A DNA stretch of 51,868 bases, filler included, from Sphacelaria rigidula (Eukaryota), in assembly GCA_964200075.2 (NCBI GenBank). It is 4 parts of 4 records of this genome, joined end to end, with 100 filler letters (N's around TTAATTAATTAA, not from the genome) between each part and the next. Parts side by side here need not be neighbours in the genome. Positions count along the whole stretch, not along the records: positions 1 to 12,893 come from CAXNAA020003328.1; 3 more parts are not named here. One strand, given 5' to 3'. Positions 1 to 12,993 of this stretch are shown here, piece after piece. The translations under genes and the position numbers were made by a program. Numbering within the stretch: the first letter of the stretch is position 1; the number at the start of each line of letters is the position of its first letter. The notes below the pieces were generated by a model that saw nothing but the letters and a program-made list of their open reading frames with translations, searched no databases and was not told the DNA's origin.

Positions 1-2980
1 CAGGTTTGTCGCTAATGCACCATGGTATACCCTACTGTGACGTTTGCCCTTTTAATTTTTTCCCGTAAACCAGCCTGTATGACGAGGGACGTTGGGGGAG
101 CCGTCCATCAGGAGAAAGACAAGCTCGTCGTAGTCAGCCAAACGGTCTTTCAAACCACGTCATGATACAGGATCGCTTCATCAGAAAGAAATACCAGAAT
201 GTGCGCGGCAAGAAAACGTGATATCATACTGATGAGTATACTTGTACTTGAAAACCCTACGCACAACGCAGGAGACCCTGAAAAGAGGATATCGAAGATG
301 ACCCATCGCGGCCGTGAATCCCTTGCAGATACTCGTATATTTTTTGGGTGTTGCGATGTCACCCCTAGATATTTCACAGCCTTGGTTGAGCTCCTAGTTG
401 TAATCGGCGCACGGGGTTGGTAAGAAGTTGGGAAGTTCAGGTAGTCTGTGCTGTGCCTTTGTCGTGGCGATCTCGGTGGTTACCGATGGTGTCCAGTTTG
501 TTCTCATTATCCCCCCTCTCTATGCATCGGGGCGTGTCCAAACAGAGTTTGGTTACACCCCGTGTGCATTGTACGTATAGTGTCTGTGAAAGATATGGGA
601 ACGCTCCGTCGTTTCTCCCCCGGCAGCAACGAGGCATCTAACAGAGCAATGCATGGTGTAAGTGTAGCTTGCAGCGATGTAATATATAGTTCTGTAGTGC
701 CCAGGTCTCGGTGCCTGTTTCTTGCAGCGTGTGTGCCTGTGACGGCCGTGTTCGTTCCGTACTATGCGGTGTATTTTGAGCGGTACTGGTTGCGCCGCAT
801 GTCGGTTTCGCGATCTTGTTCCGTTATTTGTAATTGTGATACGCGATCTTGCCCAAGCAGCCACTGGAAAACTGACGGGTACATCAACGCGAACAACAAG
901 CACGCCAGCATAGAGCACGCGCAGTGTGCACAAATCGGGCATTAGTACCGTGCAACAACGAACTGCCGGCACCACGTCTACACCAGCCTATCTCCGCTCA
1001 CCCGGTAGGTCTCTGCAGGGGGGCGGACGAAACTCTACGTTTGCGTGCTGTGTCGTCGTCGTTGTTGTTGTCGTCGTTTGCCTGTCGGCGGCGAAGTGTG
1101 TGCAGCCGGCTGGCTGCTGTACGTGCAACTACTGATGTATGGTAGTATGTACTTAATATACGATCTAGGCAATGTGTGCGGTACGGTACGATACGATACA
1201 GCGCGGTAGCTCGCTCGTGTTTGCGCGATGTACGCTTGTGTGCTGGGGGGACTTTCTGCCTCTACCGGACATCGTGTTATCCAGGACAGGCACTACCGGG
1301 TGACCAACCCAGCGCTCTCAAACCCATCTGCACGACGGTCGTATTGAGCCCGGGGGGCGGCGGCATTAAATGACTGCACAACTTGTTCCATCACAATATC
1401 ATACCTGGCTGACATGCACATAGATCGCTCAAATCAGATATCATGGCCTTGGCTGCAATCGGCGTCGCCCCGACTACTGCGGTAAAGCGGGAACAACGTG
1501 ACGAAGGATAAATCGTGTAACTCGCGCGACACAAAACGTGATATCCTAGTACACTACCCCATGAGTGAGTAGATATGGCACAGCATGTGCACAGGTGCCA
1601 ACACAACGGCAGTCGCTTCTTTTGCACTGAACACTTACGCTTTCCCTCCGCATGAAAGCCCGTGAAAAACGTCGGCTCTACAGTCGTTGGTATGCTCGCA
1701 GTATACCAACCAGCAGCCAACAAAATTTTGTTCCCACGCAGTGATCTACGGAACAGAGCAACACACAGTGTAGAACGGACTGTACAGCAAAACAGTTTCC
1801 AGAACCTGTCGTCCGTTTGTGCCACGGAGTCCTATTCTGCCGTGCGGAAGCGCGGCAAAGGATTCCATACACCCGCGCAATCTTCCATGCCGTACGCACC
1901 TGCGCCCCGCTTTTCTCAGGTGAAGGCACATATAGCAATCATGGCCGAATCATCAATCATCGGCCCGTACTCTGTGGACCAAAGCATCACGATCCTGTGC
2001 GAGATGCACCAAAACTCTACCGAGGAGTGCAAAGACGATCGGTTCACGTTCACCAAGAAAACCTATCGGTACGTGAAGAGGAATCTGGAAACAGTTGCAA
2101 CGCGCATGCACTTTATGGCGACATGTCTACTACCTCTCAGTGCATATAGTCCAAGCTGCACCTCGAGCGCTCTCTGTCACATCAGTAGTCTCGAGACCTT
2201 GAAGGCGACGTTTTACATCTGAGATATCGTCACAAGATCGATGTTTCTGCGCTTAGACTCGTCGACGATTAATATACCACATTTCTAGTGTACTCTCGGT
2301 ACTGAACGAGCTTAGCCTTTGCTACATTTCCCTTGCACGGTTACGTGCGAGTCGCGTGATCATTTCATGCAGACGACACGTAGTGTGTTGTTTATGGTAA
2401 GAGCAGGGTGTGCTACAGGGCCCACCAGCTAAGGGAAACCAAGATATTGCCCACTTGACTATATATATGATGGCACTCCCGAGGAAGCACTGTGCATCTA
2501 AGGCTCTTGTGAGCGAGCCAAAGCAAGCTTCATGAAGTGTATTTCTTGCGGTATAATGTGCGGTATCATCCATTCATTCACACATTGCACACCATCACTG
2601 AGTAAGCATCAGCCCGTGCGGCGAAGAGACAATCGTCCCGGGCACACTCAAACTCGATCTTGACACATAGCACACACGTCTACATCATCGCCAATCAACA
2701 CATGTGTTTCTCGATATACCTATCTTTTGATCAACGCTCCGAAGGGATCCGTGCCATGAAATATTTTCCTCGCAGTTTCCATCGGCACCCGTGGCACTAC
2801 TTAGTAGAGCCGACATCCAGGAACAGGAGGGGGACAGACAAATGAGTTGACCTCGATCACGTTTTTGTTTCATCCGCCTACATTTCACGCCCGGCGTCTG
2901 TTCCTCCCCACCCGTCCTCTGTTTCCAATGAATCTCGTCTCTGGGGTGTGCATATTCTCTTTATCTTTTTCATCGATCAG

Positions 2981-4928
2981 CTCCGGCAAGAATGCTGACG
3001 AAAGCCCTACGTCACATGAGTCGACGAACAGCGCTGCATCATCAAAACGGCGGGAAATCATCGTCATCGATGACGACGATGACGATGATGATGATGTCAT
3101 AGAAGTAGAACGAGTACATGTGCACCATGTCGGCCCCGCCGAAATGGAGCCGAAGTACAGCGAAGGAACGACTGACTTCACGCAAGCTCACTGTTGTAGA
3201 TCGGGCGAAAGCGAGCCCCTGTTCCCGTTGTTTTCGACATGGCTAGGTAGAGCGAAAAAGCTTGCAGAAAACAATGACACGGTCGTCCCGCTCCACCCCG
3301 CTGAGAGAAGAAAATGCAATGATCTGGCGGGACGACCGACGGCGCCATGGACTGGGTGAGTTCGAGTTTCGTTCCGAGCAGCCGTGCCCTTCCAAATCGT
3401 TCGTCTTTCTTGCGGCCAATGATGCTACTGAAAAAAACACGTGGAAGTTATGGCCGGGATTGCTGGCACAGCCGAAGCTCGTACTTCATGTGTACTCTAC
3501 TTCGCATACGTATGTACGTGCATGACCAAGGCTGTGTTCAAGCATTCAACGCGAAGTTTTGATGTCGTTTCCTGAAGACATCGCTCACTGAAACACGTGG
3601 GTGATTTTTGCGGTTCGTGTAAAAAACGGGACTATTATGTGGGGAACACGAGGTTGTACCCCCCTCACTACGTAAATTTGCATCCACTCTTGTGTGGGAA
3701 ACAAATACGCCAATGTGCAGCACACGGAGCACCCGCAGCCATAAGTACAGCAGGAGGAGAGCAGCCAAACGTCAGCGGGAGCTGAGAACAAAATTGTCTC
3801 TCAAGAATCGTGACCGTCGTTTCTTCGTCAACATGCAACCGGGAGAGTGTGAAGTGCCCGGGTGTCTCCTGAGGGCATTAAACCATGGTCACTTTGGTCC
3901 AGCTTGCGACTGCTCGAGGTGAGCACCGACCTTCGACAGTGCCTGCTCAATAATTTTGCTTGAACTTCTAATACCACGATAACGTACTCCCGTGGACCAC
4001 AGCAGTCGATATCCTAGCAGGTACAGCAGTAAGCGCACGCAGTGTCTCTTGTGGGGGGCCATATCGTCCAACCTTTGCTACTCTCGGGATCTTGCTCACG
4101 TCCATATGAAACGATCTTACTCCTCCAAGTGCCTCATTACTTCCCTCAAAGCTGCAAGCACGGTCGTGTCTTGCACCTCAGGCGGGACGTCCCTTACCCT
4201 CTTTCACGGGTGACCGCGGAGTTGTTTGACCACGAGCGCATGCATCTACACAAGAATGAAAGGTAAGGAGACGCCAATCCTCAGTATATCGTTCTGACCA
4301 TCGCGCACACCTTCATTTTTGGCGAGGCCATCTCACAAGAAGTTCCTTACGCGAGCTCTGGAGGCATCAACCCCTCTGTCAGTTTTCGGTTGTTCTCTCG
4401 TCGTGGTGCAACCCCAAAGGTGGTCATTGCCGCTTGTTATGCTGGGTCCACAGCAACTTTGGTGCAACGAACAAACGTTGGGAGGTTCCATCGCGCCAAG
4501 GCCACACAAAACACTCTCGGCCTGCCGGGTGTGGGTTGTCCCCTCAATCAGCATCAAGTCCAAATTTCGACACAGTCGCACCCGTTATCAAGATAGCGTA
4601 TATCACTAACACCCTGTTCCCTCCAACGTACTTTAATTTCGTGCACGGGCGACACTTGGGCAGCTTATTCGTGGGCCGGCGTGTTCTTGTCCGCCGCGCT
4701 GACGAGATTTGGTGCAGAGGGACCGTGAACGCTCAAGTTGGGGGTGGAAATACGTTCGGAACAAGAATGTGGCAAGTGCTGTTCGACGATCTCACCACTG
4801 CCCGGATCGTCGACGAGGAAAAAGGAGGTATGCTTCCGTTTCGAGCATTACATGCATCGTTCGGGGGGGGAAATTCGTTTGCAGGATTGGTTCATGAGCA
4901 ACACTCTGCAAAGACCTCTCAACCGTGA
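2981..4928 (+). pseudogene. Decayed intron-containing gene with an acidic N-terminus, Cys/His HNH-like motifs and a C-terminal Tudor-like domain
   Basis: Splice-like sites: acceptor ~2980, donors ~3919 and 4263, acceptors ~4020 and ~4382. Peptides IIVIDDDDDDDDDVIEV, FCGSCKK, CEVPGC, ELFDHERMH and GHCRLLCWVHS. Tudor-like LFVGRRVLVRRADEIWCRGTV...WQVLFDD at ~4665-4790. Multiple frameshifts and stops. Confidence 0.45.
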
Positions 4929-6689
4929 GGTCCTCCTGCTAACTTAATTATCACATACCCCGTCATCATATCCCGTTATGCCGGCCCGCATCCCCTCTCG
5001 CTGTTCACTTTTCTCCAGTTGCTGTCTCCATGCAGAGACCCAAAGCAAGTGAACTCACGCCCGCTCTTGTAGAATTTTACGAAAAGCACGCCAACGGCAA
5101 AAGCTTGCTCGAGGCATGGCGGAGTACACCTTCTGGTGCTGGGTGGACGGTCGCTCCATCTTCGGGATCTAGCCAGTCCTTGGCAGGGCCGCCACTAGTC
5201 GCAGGATGAGATATTTTTGGCAGAGCTCAGGCAATGTTGTTTTTCGTGTGTGCTGTAGTGTAGCAATGGCCTTGCGCCCAGAGGCGGTCGAAAGCTCAAT
5301 TCCTACGCACACATGGAGAGAGTGAATGAGTATGGTAGCTGTGGAACATTCCTGCCATGCACGAAATTTCTTTGTGCTTAGGATGAAACGTTTTGCCGTT
5401 TTTTTCGTGTTCCCAGTAAATGACAATGTGATTTTGAGAGTGCGGACGTGCGGTCGTCGTAGAAAGGAGTACTGCTGGAATAGCTTTGTGCGCCGAAAAA
5501 TGCGGAGCAAAGGGACCGAAACTCGAGAACCGGCACCCACAGTTTTCTATGGCGATGAGTTGACACTTACTGCGCGTAAGGTCTGATCTAGATGTAAATA
5601 GAGTCCTCGGGAATGAGTGATGCCGCGGGAGGGGCTGCACAAGATTACTTTCATGGAGAGGCTCCCAACGTCAGGAGCTACACAAGAATGTGTGTCAGGA
5701 CATTCTCATTTAAAATTCAGTCGAGATACCCCCAGCACATTGAAACGCTAGTCGTGGCGTGCTCTCACATATTTCATTAGTCGTTTTTGGGATTAGATTA
5801 AGCGCTGCTGACACCTCGAGCCTGAAGAGTTTTTTGCGCACCCCTACCGTGGAACCACTCCAATGTGTGGCGAATATCGCATCTTCCGCGCCGTGCGTTT
5901 TCGGGGGGGGAAGGGAAAACTGTATGACGGTACAGCGAGAAAATGTATCCGACGAGGTGAACCTTGTATGCAGAGTTGTACTTCTCAAGTGAGGACTTAC
6001 TGTGTCGCGATTATGGTGAGGATGAGCACGGTGGCGAATCGGGAATAAAAAATCAACATGAACCCCCACGTATGCGTGGTACCACTCCCAATATGTGCGT
6101 GACACACGTGAACTCAAAGCTGAGATCACAACATACTCAGGAGATAATCTGCATCGTAACGAGAAAAGCACTTCGCCTTCACTCGTACGTATCTGCGGCT
6201 GTCCCCACAGTGCAGAGCACGCTGAAGCGCGAGTACGATGCTCTTTTAACGAGAAGAGGTTATTGAGGATTCACCTTTTCACATTGGCGACACAAATGAG
6301 AGAGCTCGTGCGCTTCATGAATAGCAGCTCCTGGTATCACATCAGAGTCGTACAATCCATAAACGGGCAATGAATAATATCAGGGACAAAGCGATGGTAT
6401 GTGCTATTCCTATCCCCAGAGTACGTTACTCTGAGCCGGAAAAGATTCCGCGGCAGTTTTCGTCAGCAAAACCTCTGTTTGCCGATAAAAGCTTCCTCGT
6501 TCGATCAAGTTTCTCTTCACCAGTGACATCGCAAGGGCTGTGATGCCAGATTTGTCCTGATACTAAATTTCGTGACAACAGTTTGTCAAATGTTTGCATT
6601 TGCACTGTGTTAGATACCCACCCGTTCTCATTTTTTTCGTGTTCTGAGGTCGGATCAGGTGAGGGCGCGTCGTTCAACTTGTGTAGATA

Positions 6690-8660
6690 CTACTACATAC
6701 GCGTCTACAAGGTGTTAACATTGTGCAACCTCATCCAATCCATACTCCAAGTCTCCTGATGGGCCGTAACCTTTGAGCCGAAGACGCTACTTGTAGTTGA
6801 GGTGACTCTTTCGGCCTGGGCCGCGTTCATGGCCACTTCGTCGACGATGTAACATTCGATTCTCGGTTGGGGTACATGAGGACGGTCAACCTGCGGCAGG
6901 GGTACCCTTTCGCCTCAGGAACAATTCCGCGAGTCGATAGAAGTCGAGGGGCGGTGATTTCTCCCGTGGACAACACCGCTAAAAGTGAACGAGATGCACT
7001 GACGCTTCTTTGGCATCATCGCCTAACTTGACTTTGTATACCACTGGAGTTACCTTAGGTACGGGTCTTGCCAAGGTCAATGATGATTTTGGATTTGGGT
7101 CGTCCGCTTCGTGATGTGGCCGTTACAGTACAGTGCAATGGAACCGTAGTAATACTTTTGGCCAGGCTTGAAAACAAGGTAGGAGTTTAGCTTGCCATTG
7201 CTTGCTTTCTGCTTGTCCGCACGTTCTTTCAAGTTGCGCCTTGCCAGTTCAAAAACTAGCTGCGACTTATTGTTCGTCTCTCCTATGTACTCTTGAGCAT
7301 CTGACGCGTGTCCCTCATCGGGAATGCCCAAAAATATGTCAACCGTCCGCTTTGGCCGGCGCCCAAACATGACATGACACGGGATCTCTTGCAGTGTCGT
7401 GTTGAACGATGTGTTGTACCCCGTCTGTACAAAGGGTAGCGTAGTCGCTCAGTTGTCTCGTTCGACACTACTGTGCACTGCTAACACGAGGCGCAAATTT
7501 GAGCGTGCTTGCTCTGAGGCTGAGCTCCCTTAAGTGCGGAACGGAGCTGTGCGTGTTTTCTCAAATTTGAGGGGCGTTTGCAACTGACACACCACGCGAT
7601 TCTCAAACTCTTTGCCTTGATCAGAGTGCAACTTTTCTGGTATGCCAAATGGTGTGAAAACTCGGTCAACTCCCATCTGCGCTACTTTAATGGATTATTT
7701 CTTGGCATTCGAATAAAGAGTGTACAGCGCGTGAGATGATCCATTACAGATATGCCATATCTGCAAGGTACTCCAGCGTACGAAGTTGACATCGTTTTGT
7801 ACTTGACCAGGTATATCGATACCCGCTGAAACAGTCTGTCCGCTTGCAGGTGAAATATGGGTAACTTTGGGCGATTTTGAGTCGTTTTGTCGAGCTGACA
7901 AGCTTGGCATTCAGTACACCATGTCCCGGCGTCCCGACCGATTGATGGCCACCGCTACTTTTGCCTTATATTTTTATATGTCAGTTTAATTGCGAGGTGA
8001 CCTCTGGACAACGCATAATCGTAATACGAGTACAAAACCAACCCTATAAGAGCATCTGGTAGCACTAATATATCGCAATAGGTGCCGCTTTTCCTGAAGT
8101 GTCCTCGCAAGTACGACTCGAAACAAAACATCGTCTTGGGCTAAATGGTAGGGCATGGAAGTCATCGTCTCTTTCCAGTATTGGTGCATTGGCATCAGGT
8201 AAATACTGAATGTATGGGTCATACTCTTCTGTCTCCTCGGTTTGCAACTTCTCCTTGTCGAGAGACATGAAAACATTCGTTGCGCTTGCATATATTTACT
8301 TGACGGTAAACAATGCTCTGCTTTGCACTGGTTTCAGGGTGTCAGATTATCCCGCCAAACATTCAAACGGCTGTTGTGGTTTCCCTGTGTGCAACGCGGG
8401 ATCTTCTGGGACGATACAACGAGTTGGGGCGAGCGGGAGGTTGACTTTGTCTTCCGGTTGCTGCTCGAAATAATACAGTCCTGGCAGAGCGTCCAGGATC
8501 ACATTGGTTTACTCGGGTTGTGATACCCTGTGAAATCGAACGAGTGCAGTGCCATGGTCAACCTAGTCAACATGTTGTCTGTGTCTTGCATCGTATCAGC
8601 TACCTCAGTGCGGCATGATCCGCTACACAAGTGCAATGTTACTTGTGGGAATTCTTGCCT
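6690..8660 (-). mobile_element. Ty3/Gypsy (chromovirus-type) pol remnant: RNase H end, integrase, chromodomain
   Basis: Minus-strand peptides: NMLTRLTMALHSFDFT (end of RNase H, ~8530-8580); PFGIPEKLHSDQGKEFENRVV (integrase core, ~7590-7655); MFGRRPKRTVD...ELARRNL; PWQDPY...VTPVVYKVK (GPY/F-like); YIVDEV..HERG...RLRLKGYGPSGD (chromodomain, ~6700-6860). Many stops and frameshifts. Confidence 0.9.
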
Positions 8661-8664
8661 TCGT

Positions 8665-9045
8665 CCGGTGGTGCTCACATGATCCCCCCCCCCTCTGTTT
8701 ATGAGCTTCTTAATATCCTTCCGACGAAAAGAGTCTTTTTATGGGATAGCCATTTTTCCTGGCTAACGATGAGGATGTACATCTTTCTTCACATCTCTTC
8801 TACGGGTGTCGAATCCCCAAGCCAACAATCTTCGCGGAAGGCTTTCCATGAGATTTCGAACTCTACTTCGAAGTCTCCCACCGTTTATTGTGCCCCCAAT
8901 CATTTTGACGCGCTTGGATGCTCGCTTGACTTTGTGGGGGAGACGTTTGTTTTTCTTCGCGATGATGGGGCCGGGGTTCGAACCAGGGACCTTCTGCTGG
9001 TCGAGCATACGAGTTATCTCATGCTGTCGCCAATGCCATAAAAAG
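8665..9045 (-). mobile_element. tRNA-derived SINE-like insertion abutting the Gypsy remnant
   Basis: Minus-strand head has a Pol III B-box (GGTTCGAACCCC, plus 8973-8984) in a T-arm-like stem. No clean cloverleaf. Gypsy coding similarity stops at ~8660. Confidence 0.55.
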
Positions 9046-10099
9046 GCTGACTCCTAGACGGACGATTGTAGGTATTTCTCCCTTCTATGTGGTGGTACCC
9101 ACAATAGCGCAAAATTCGTTTGCCCTATTATAGAGTTCAAAGTGCATCACCGAGCCCCCTACAGCATGTTCCTGATCAACGGAATGCAGGCCTTCACCGT
9201 TGACGAGGTGCTACTGCTCGTGCAATTGGTCCGCGTACGAGAAGATGTATCAGCAAAACATCTTGACAATTTCCACGCTCGATAGGCCTACATGAAGGAC
9301 ATTGATGCGAATAAGTTGCAGCGTGTCCAGGGGTAAATCAGCTTGTTTTTGATGAAGGGGCATGTGCCGAAAAATTTGACAAAATCGAATAGAGAGGAGA
9401 GAAGGGACGACACATCCTACTTGTTTGTACTTGAACTAATGTGGGAACAGAGCACAACTACGATGTGTTTCGACATTGCGATTCATTGGCTAGTGCTTAA
9501 CTTGAGTGTAGTGCTAGCTATAATTACTTGATCTCAGTATCGGGGCGCTAGAGGAAAGTCAGACAACGCTTGTCGATGGCTGTGTAAGACTGCTCCTGAT
9601 GTTACTGTTTTGAAGGTACTGGGTAGAGAGATGTGCATATGTGCTATGATGGATGTAAGTACGTTCTCCGTGACCAACGGAAGTTGCTCATTTACAATGA
9701 AATGTTGTCATACTACTGCATACACAAAAATGAACAAAACAAGGTGGGATATAGTATCTTTCCCTTCAAAGATACCTTCCTTGAGAGTCAAGGGGGGCAG
9801 ATACCTTGCAATTCGTAACGGCGTCTAGATCAGATAAGAAGTGATGCGGGGGTGGAGTGTTCGACTCAGCGGGTCTCTTCCATATCTTCAGCCGCTGAAA
9901 CAGTGATCGACATGTTTCATGAAGTCGCTGGATGATCGAAGGTTATCGCAAGTATCGGTAAGTTGAACACGGTGCGTACAGCGTGAATCAGGTTGAAAAA
10001 GCACGATATGTCAGTCTGATTCCGCGCTGTTGTGTTACCGTTGTAAACCCTGCTACATCCTGCGGCAATTCAGTAGACAGCAGCTGCATATCGAAATGG

Positions 10100-12800
10100 C
10101 ACGGTGGCTCGTGGTGGAGAGGATCCTACATGATCTTGGCGAGTGAACACACCAGGCAACCACCACCGCACTGGCAGCGGTGAAGGAGTTTACTTAACCT
10201 ATTCTCGAAGCAGCGCAGCCAGAACTCCCGGAAGAGACACGGGTATCACGTATGCCGCAATAGCGACACGACAGCAACAGTAGAGGCAGCGCTTGCCAAA
10301 CGACGGGAGGCACGACGACTTCTGTAGGACGACCGGCCCCGAGCAACGTGGGAAGCACTAAGAACCGCGTGTAAAGAAGTACGTACAGCAAAAGATAACG
10401 GTGTCCATACACACCTGGAGAGGTATGTGGCGAGGGTAGAAGCCATCTATAAGGATCGCGACATAAGACGCCCGAACAAACACCTCGAGAGATCGGTGGA
10501 TCTTGGCGGGAGGCAGTCGGGGGGGCAGCAGTCCATTCAGGGCGAGCACGGGCTTCTACTGAAAACAAAATCGAGATCCTAAACGGTGGACGAATTTCTT
10601 CCGAACCCTACTCAGCACCATATTGCGCACGCTGAACTCAGCCATCATCGAGGCGGAGAAGCAGCGACCGGCAGCATTACTCACGAGAGGATCCGTACCG
10701 CTTGGGTCAGCACCAATGGTAAAGGAGACCAGACGAGTAGTCCGGGGGATGCACGACTAAAAAGCGCCGGGACACGACTATCTCCCTGTAAAGCTGCTCA
10801 AGACCGACGGCCGCGCCTAACCCATCCTTCTCGAACGCTTCCGTGTTATCCTCGTCGAGATGTGGAACGGAGGTGAGGTCCCGCAGGAGTGGAAATACGC
10901 AACCATCGAAGTGCTCTTCTAGAAATCATAACGGTCCAGCTGCAACAACTACACGGGAATCTCACTGGTCTCACACTCAAGAAAAGTTATCCTGAAGATA
11001 ATGACCAACCGCCCCAGTGACTACTGCGGAGCCCACGGGATACTACCGGAGGAGCAGTGCAGCTTTCGACCTGATCGATCCGCCGCCCACATACTGAATG
11101 TAGTGCGACGACTCGAGGAACTTTGACGACGGCAGAAAATACCACTGTACATGTGCTTCATCGACCTCCAGGAGGCCTATGAGTCGGTCGACTGAGAGCT
11201 GCTGTTGGAGGTGCTAGTCCGAGCTGGTATTCCATGAGATGACAGCAATTATCCGCTAACTCCATGACGGCATGCATGCCAGCGTACGCATGGATGACGG
11301 GGAGCGCTCGGAGTGGTTCGAGATCACACAGGAACTGCGGCAAGGGTGTGTGCTGTCTACGCTGCTGTTCAATATTTTCTTCACAGCGGCGTTCGAGCTA
11401 CAATAGTTCTCGCGCGATCTGAGGACGACATCATCCTCAAGGACATGGTATATCTTGCCGAGGAGACAAGGAGGTTGACACAGACACTTCATGAACGTGT
11501 ACGGGGAGCGGTGTGGGAAATGTTATATACCGACGACGTCGCTGTAGTCTCAAGAGCCCCCGATGGCCTGGCGAGGATAATTACAGTTATAGTGCGAGTG
11601 CATGGGGCCTTTGGACTGACGGTGTCGGAGATGAAGATTGAGCCTCTCCTGGTGCGAGTACCTGAAAAAACACCAAAGAAGGGAGAGCCACCAGCACCAC
11701 CTCCACCACCACTGGTTATCGAAGCAACGGACCAGAGTTACATACTGTTCAGCTCAGCAGTCAATCTGTATCTTAACAAGAGCTAGGTTCTCGGGTTCGA
11801 ATCCCTGTGCAAGTAAAAGCATTCTTTGATGTCGCGTGGGAGCGGTCGAAAGAAACGGGAAAATACTGAGAATTTGACTTTGATGTTGAGCACCGGGTGC
11901 GGTCGAAGTCTACCGGTTAAACTGAACAGCGTTGGTTACAGGGATAGCAACCCTGGGATGGAGTGCTCGGGGTCATGCGACGGACCCACCGTACTTAGCT
12001 TTTGTTACGATATCGATTGACTGCTGAGCTAAACAGCCAGCGCTGGCTGTTTAGCTCAGCAGTCAATCGGTATCTTTACACATGCAACCCACCAAGTTCT
12101 CGTACCTGGGCAGGCTCGTCAATGAAAAGATTAAACTCACACAAGAGATCAACAACCGGAGCAGAGCAGAGTGAATGTGCATCAGGAAGTTTTCCAGGGA
12201 GCTTTTTGACCGACCGAGAGCACGGTGGAGACTCGAAGATCCGACTGCTGGAAGCGGAGGCGATAAAGGCCCTATTGTACGGATGCATGACGTGGGCCCC
12301 GCGCCGCGAGCACTACAAGTTCATAATGATACTCTACTGGCTCCTTCAGCGAGTCATCGGGTACCACCGCGTGGATGGCACATGCCGGTAGCTTTCGTAC
12401 GCCCAGGCCCTCAAGAAGATCGGGTGTCAAAGTACTCAAGCCATCGTCCGGTAACGGTGACTGCTGTTCGCGAAAGCCTTGGCTAGGCAACCGGACGGAC
12501 AACAACTGAAGCAACTGGCGTTCGGAACGCTCGTGGGGAAGGAAGATCCAGGACCGTGGTGCCCGGAGCAAAACTGGCCGAAGTGTCTGAGAGACGACCT
12601 CCACGCTTTCGGAGCCACAGGCGACTCTACGGACGACAAAGGGGAGACATTCGGAGTTGACAGCGTCCTCTGGCCCTCAGCGGCGAAGAGGGGGGGGGGG
12701 ATACCGTGGCACGCGGGGGTGCTGCAGGGAGTGGAGGTTTATGACCTCATGACACAAGGACGACGAGGAGGCCAGCCGACTACGTCTAAATAAATGGCAC
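10100..12800 (+). mobile_element. Decayed, 5'-truncated RTE-type LINE (reverse transcriptase)
   Basis: Peptides [86 protein letters not shown] (YADD-like), FSYLG and ALLYGCMTW. Numerous stops and frameshifts. Confidence 0.95.
11744..12079 (+). mobile_element. 336-bp non-autonomous element inserted in the LINE, with tRNA-like inverted and direct terminal repeats
   Basis: Flanked by an ACAT duplication (11740-11743 and 12080-12083); removing it restores the LINE frame IEATDQSYMQPTKFSYLG. B-box GGTTCGAATCC at 11794-11804. Perfect palindrome at 12014-12069. Confidence 0.85.
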
Positions 12801-12893
12801 ATCAACGAAACCAACACAACGTTGACGGTGGCTCAGAGGAGGGGGGGGGGGGGGGGGGGGGACTTTTTTTTTTTTTGCCTGTGGTGTTTTTCC

Positions 12894-12993
12894 NNNNNNN
12901 NNNNNNNNNNNNNNNNNNNNNNNNNNNNNNNNNNNNNTTAATTAATTAANNNNNNNNNNNNNNNNNNNNNNNNNNNNNNNNNNNNNNNNNNNN
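12894..12993. other. Artificial contig linker (N44-TTAATTAATTAA-N44)
   Basis: 100-bp spacer whose core has stop codons in all six frames; identical at three positions. Confidence 0.98.

Noticed and set aside
8965..9040. Functional tRNA gene
   Set aside because: It has a B-box but no convincing acceptor, D or anticodon stems; treated as a SINE head.
12938..12949. TTAATTAATTAA as a biological repeat or piggyBac target site
   Set aside because: It is centred in identical N runs three times, so it is an assembly linker.
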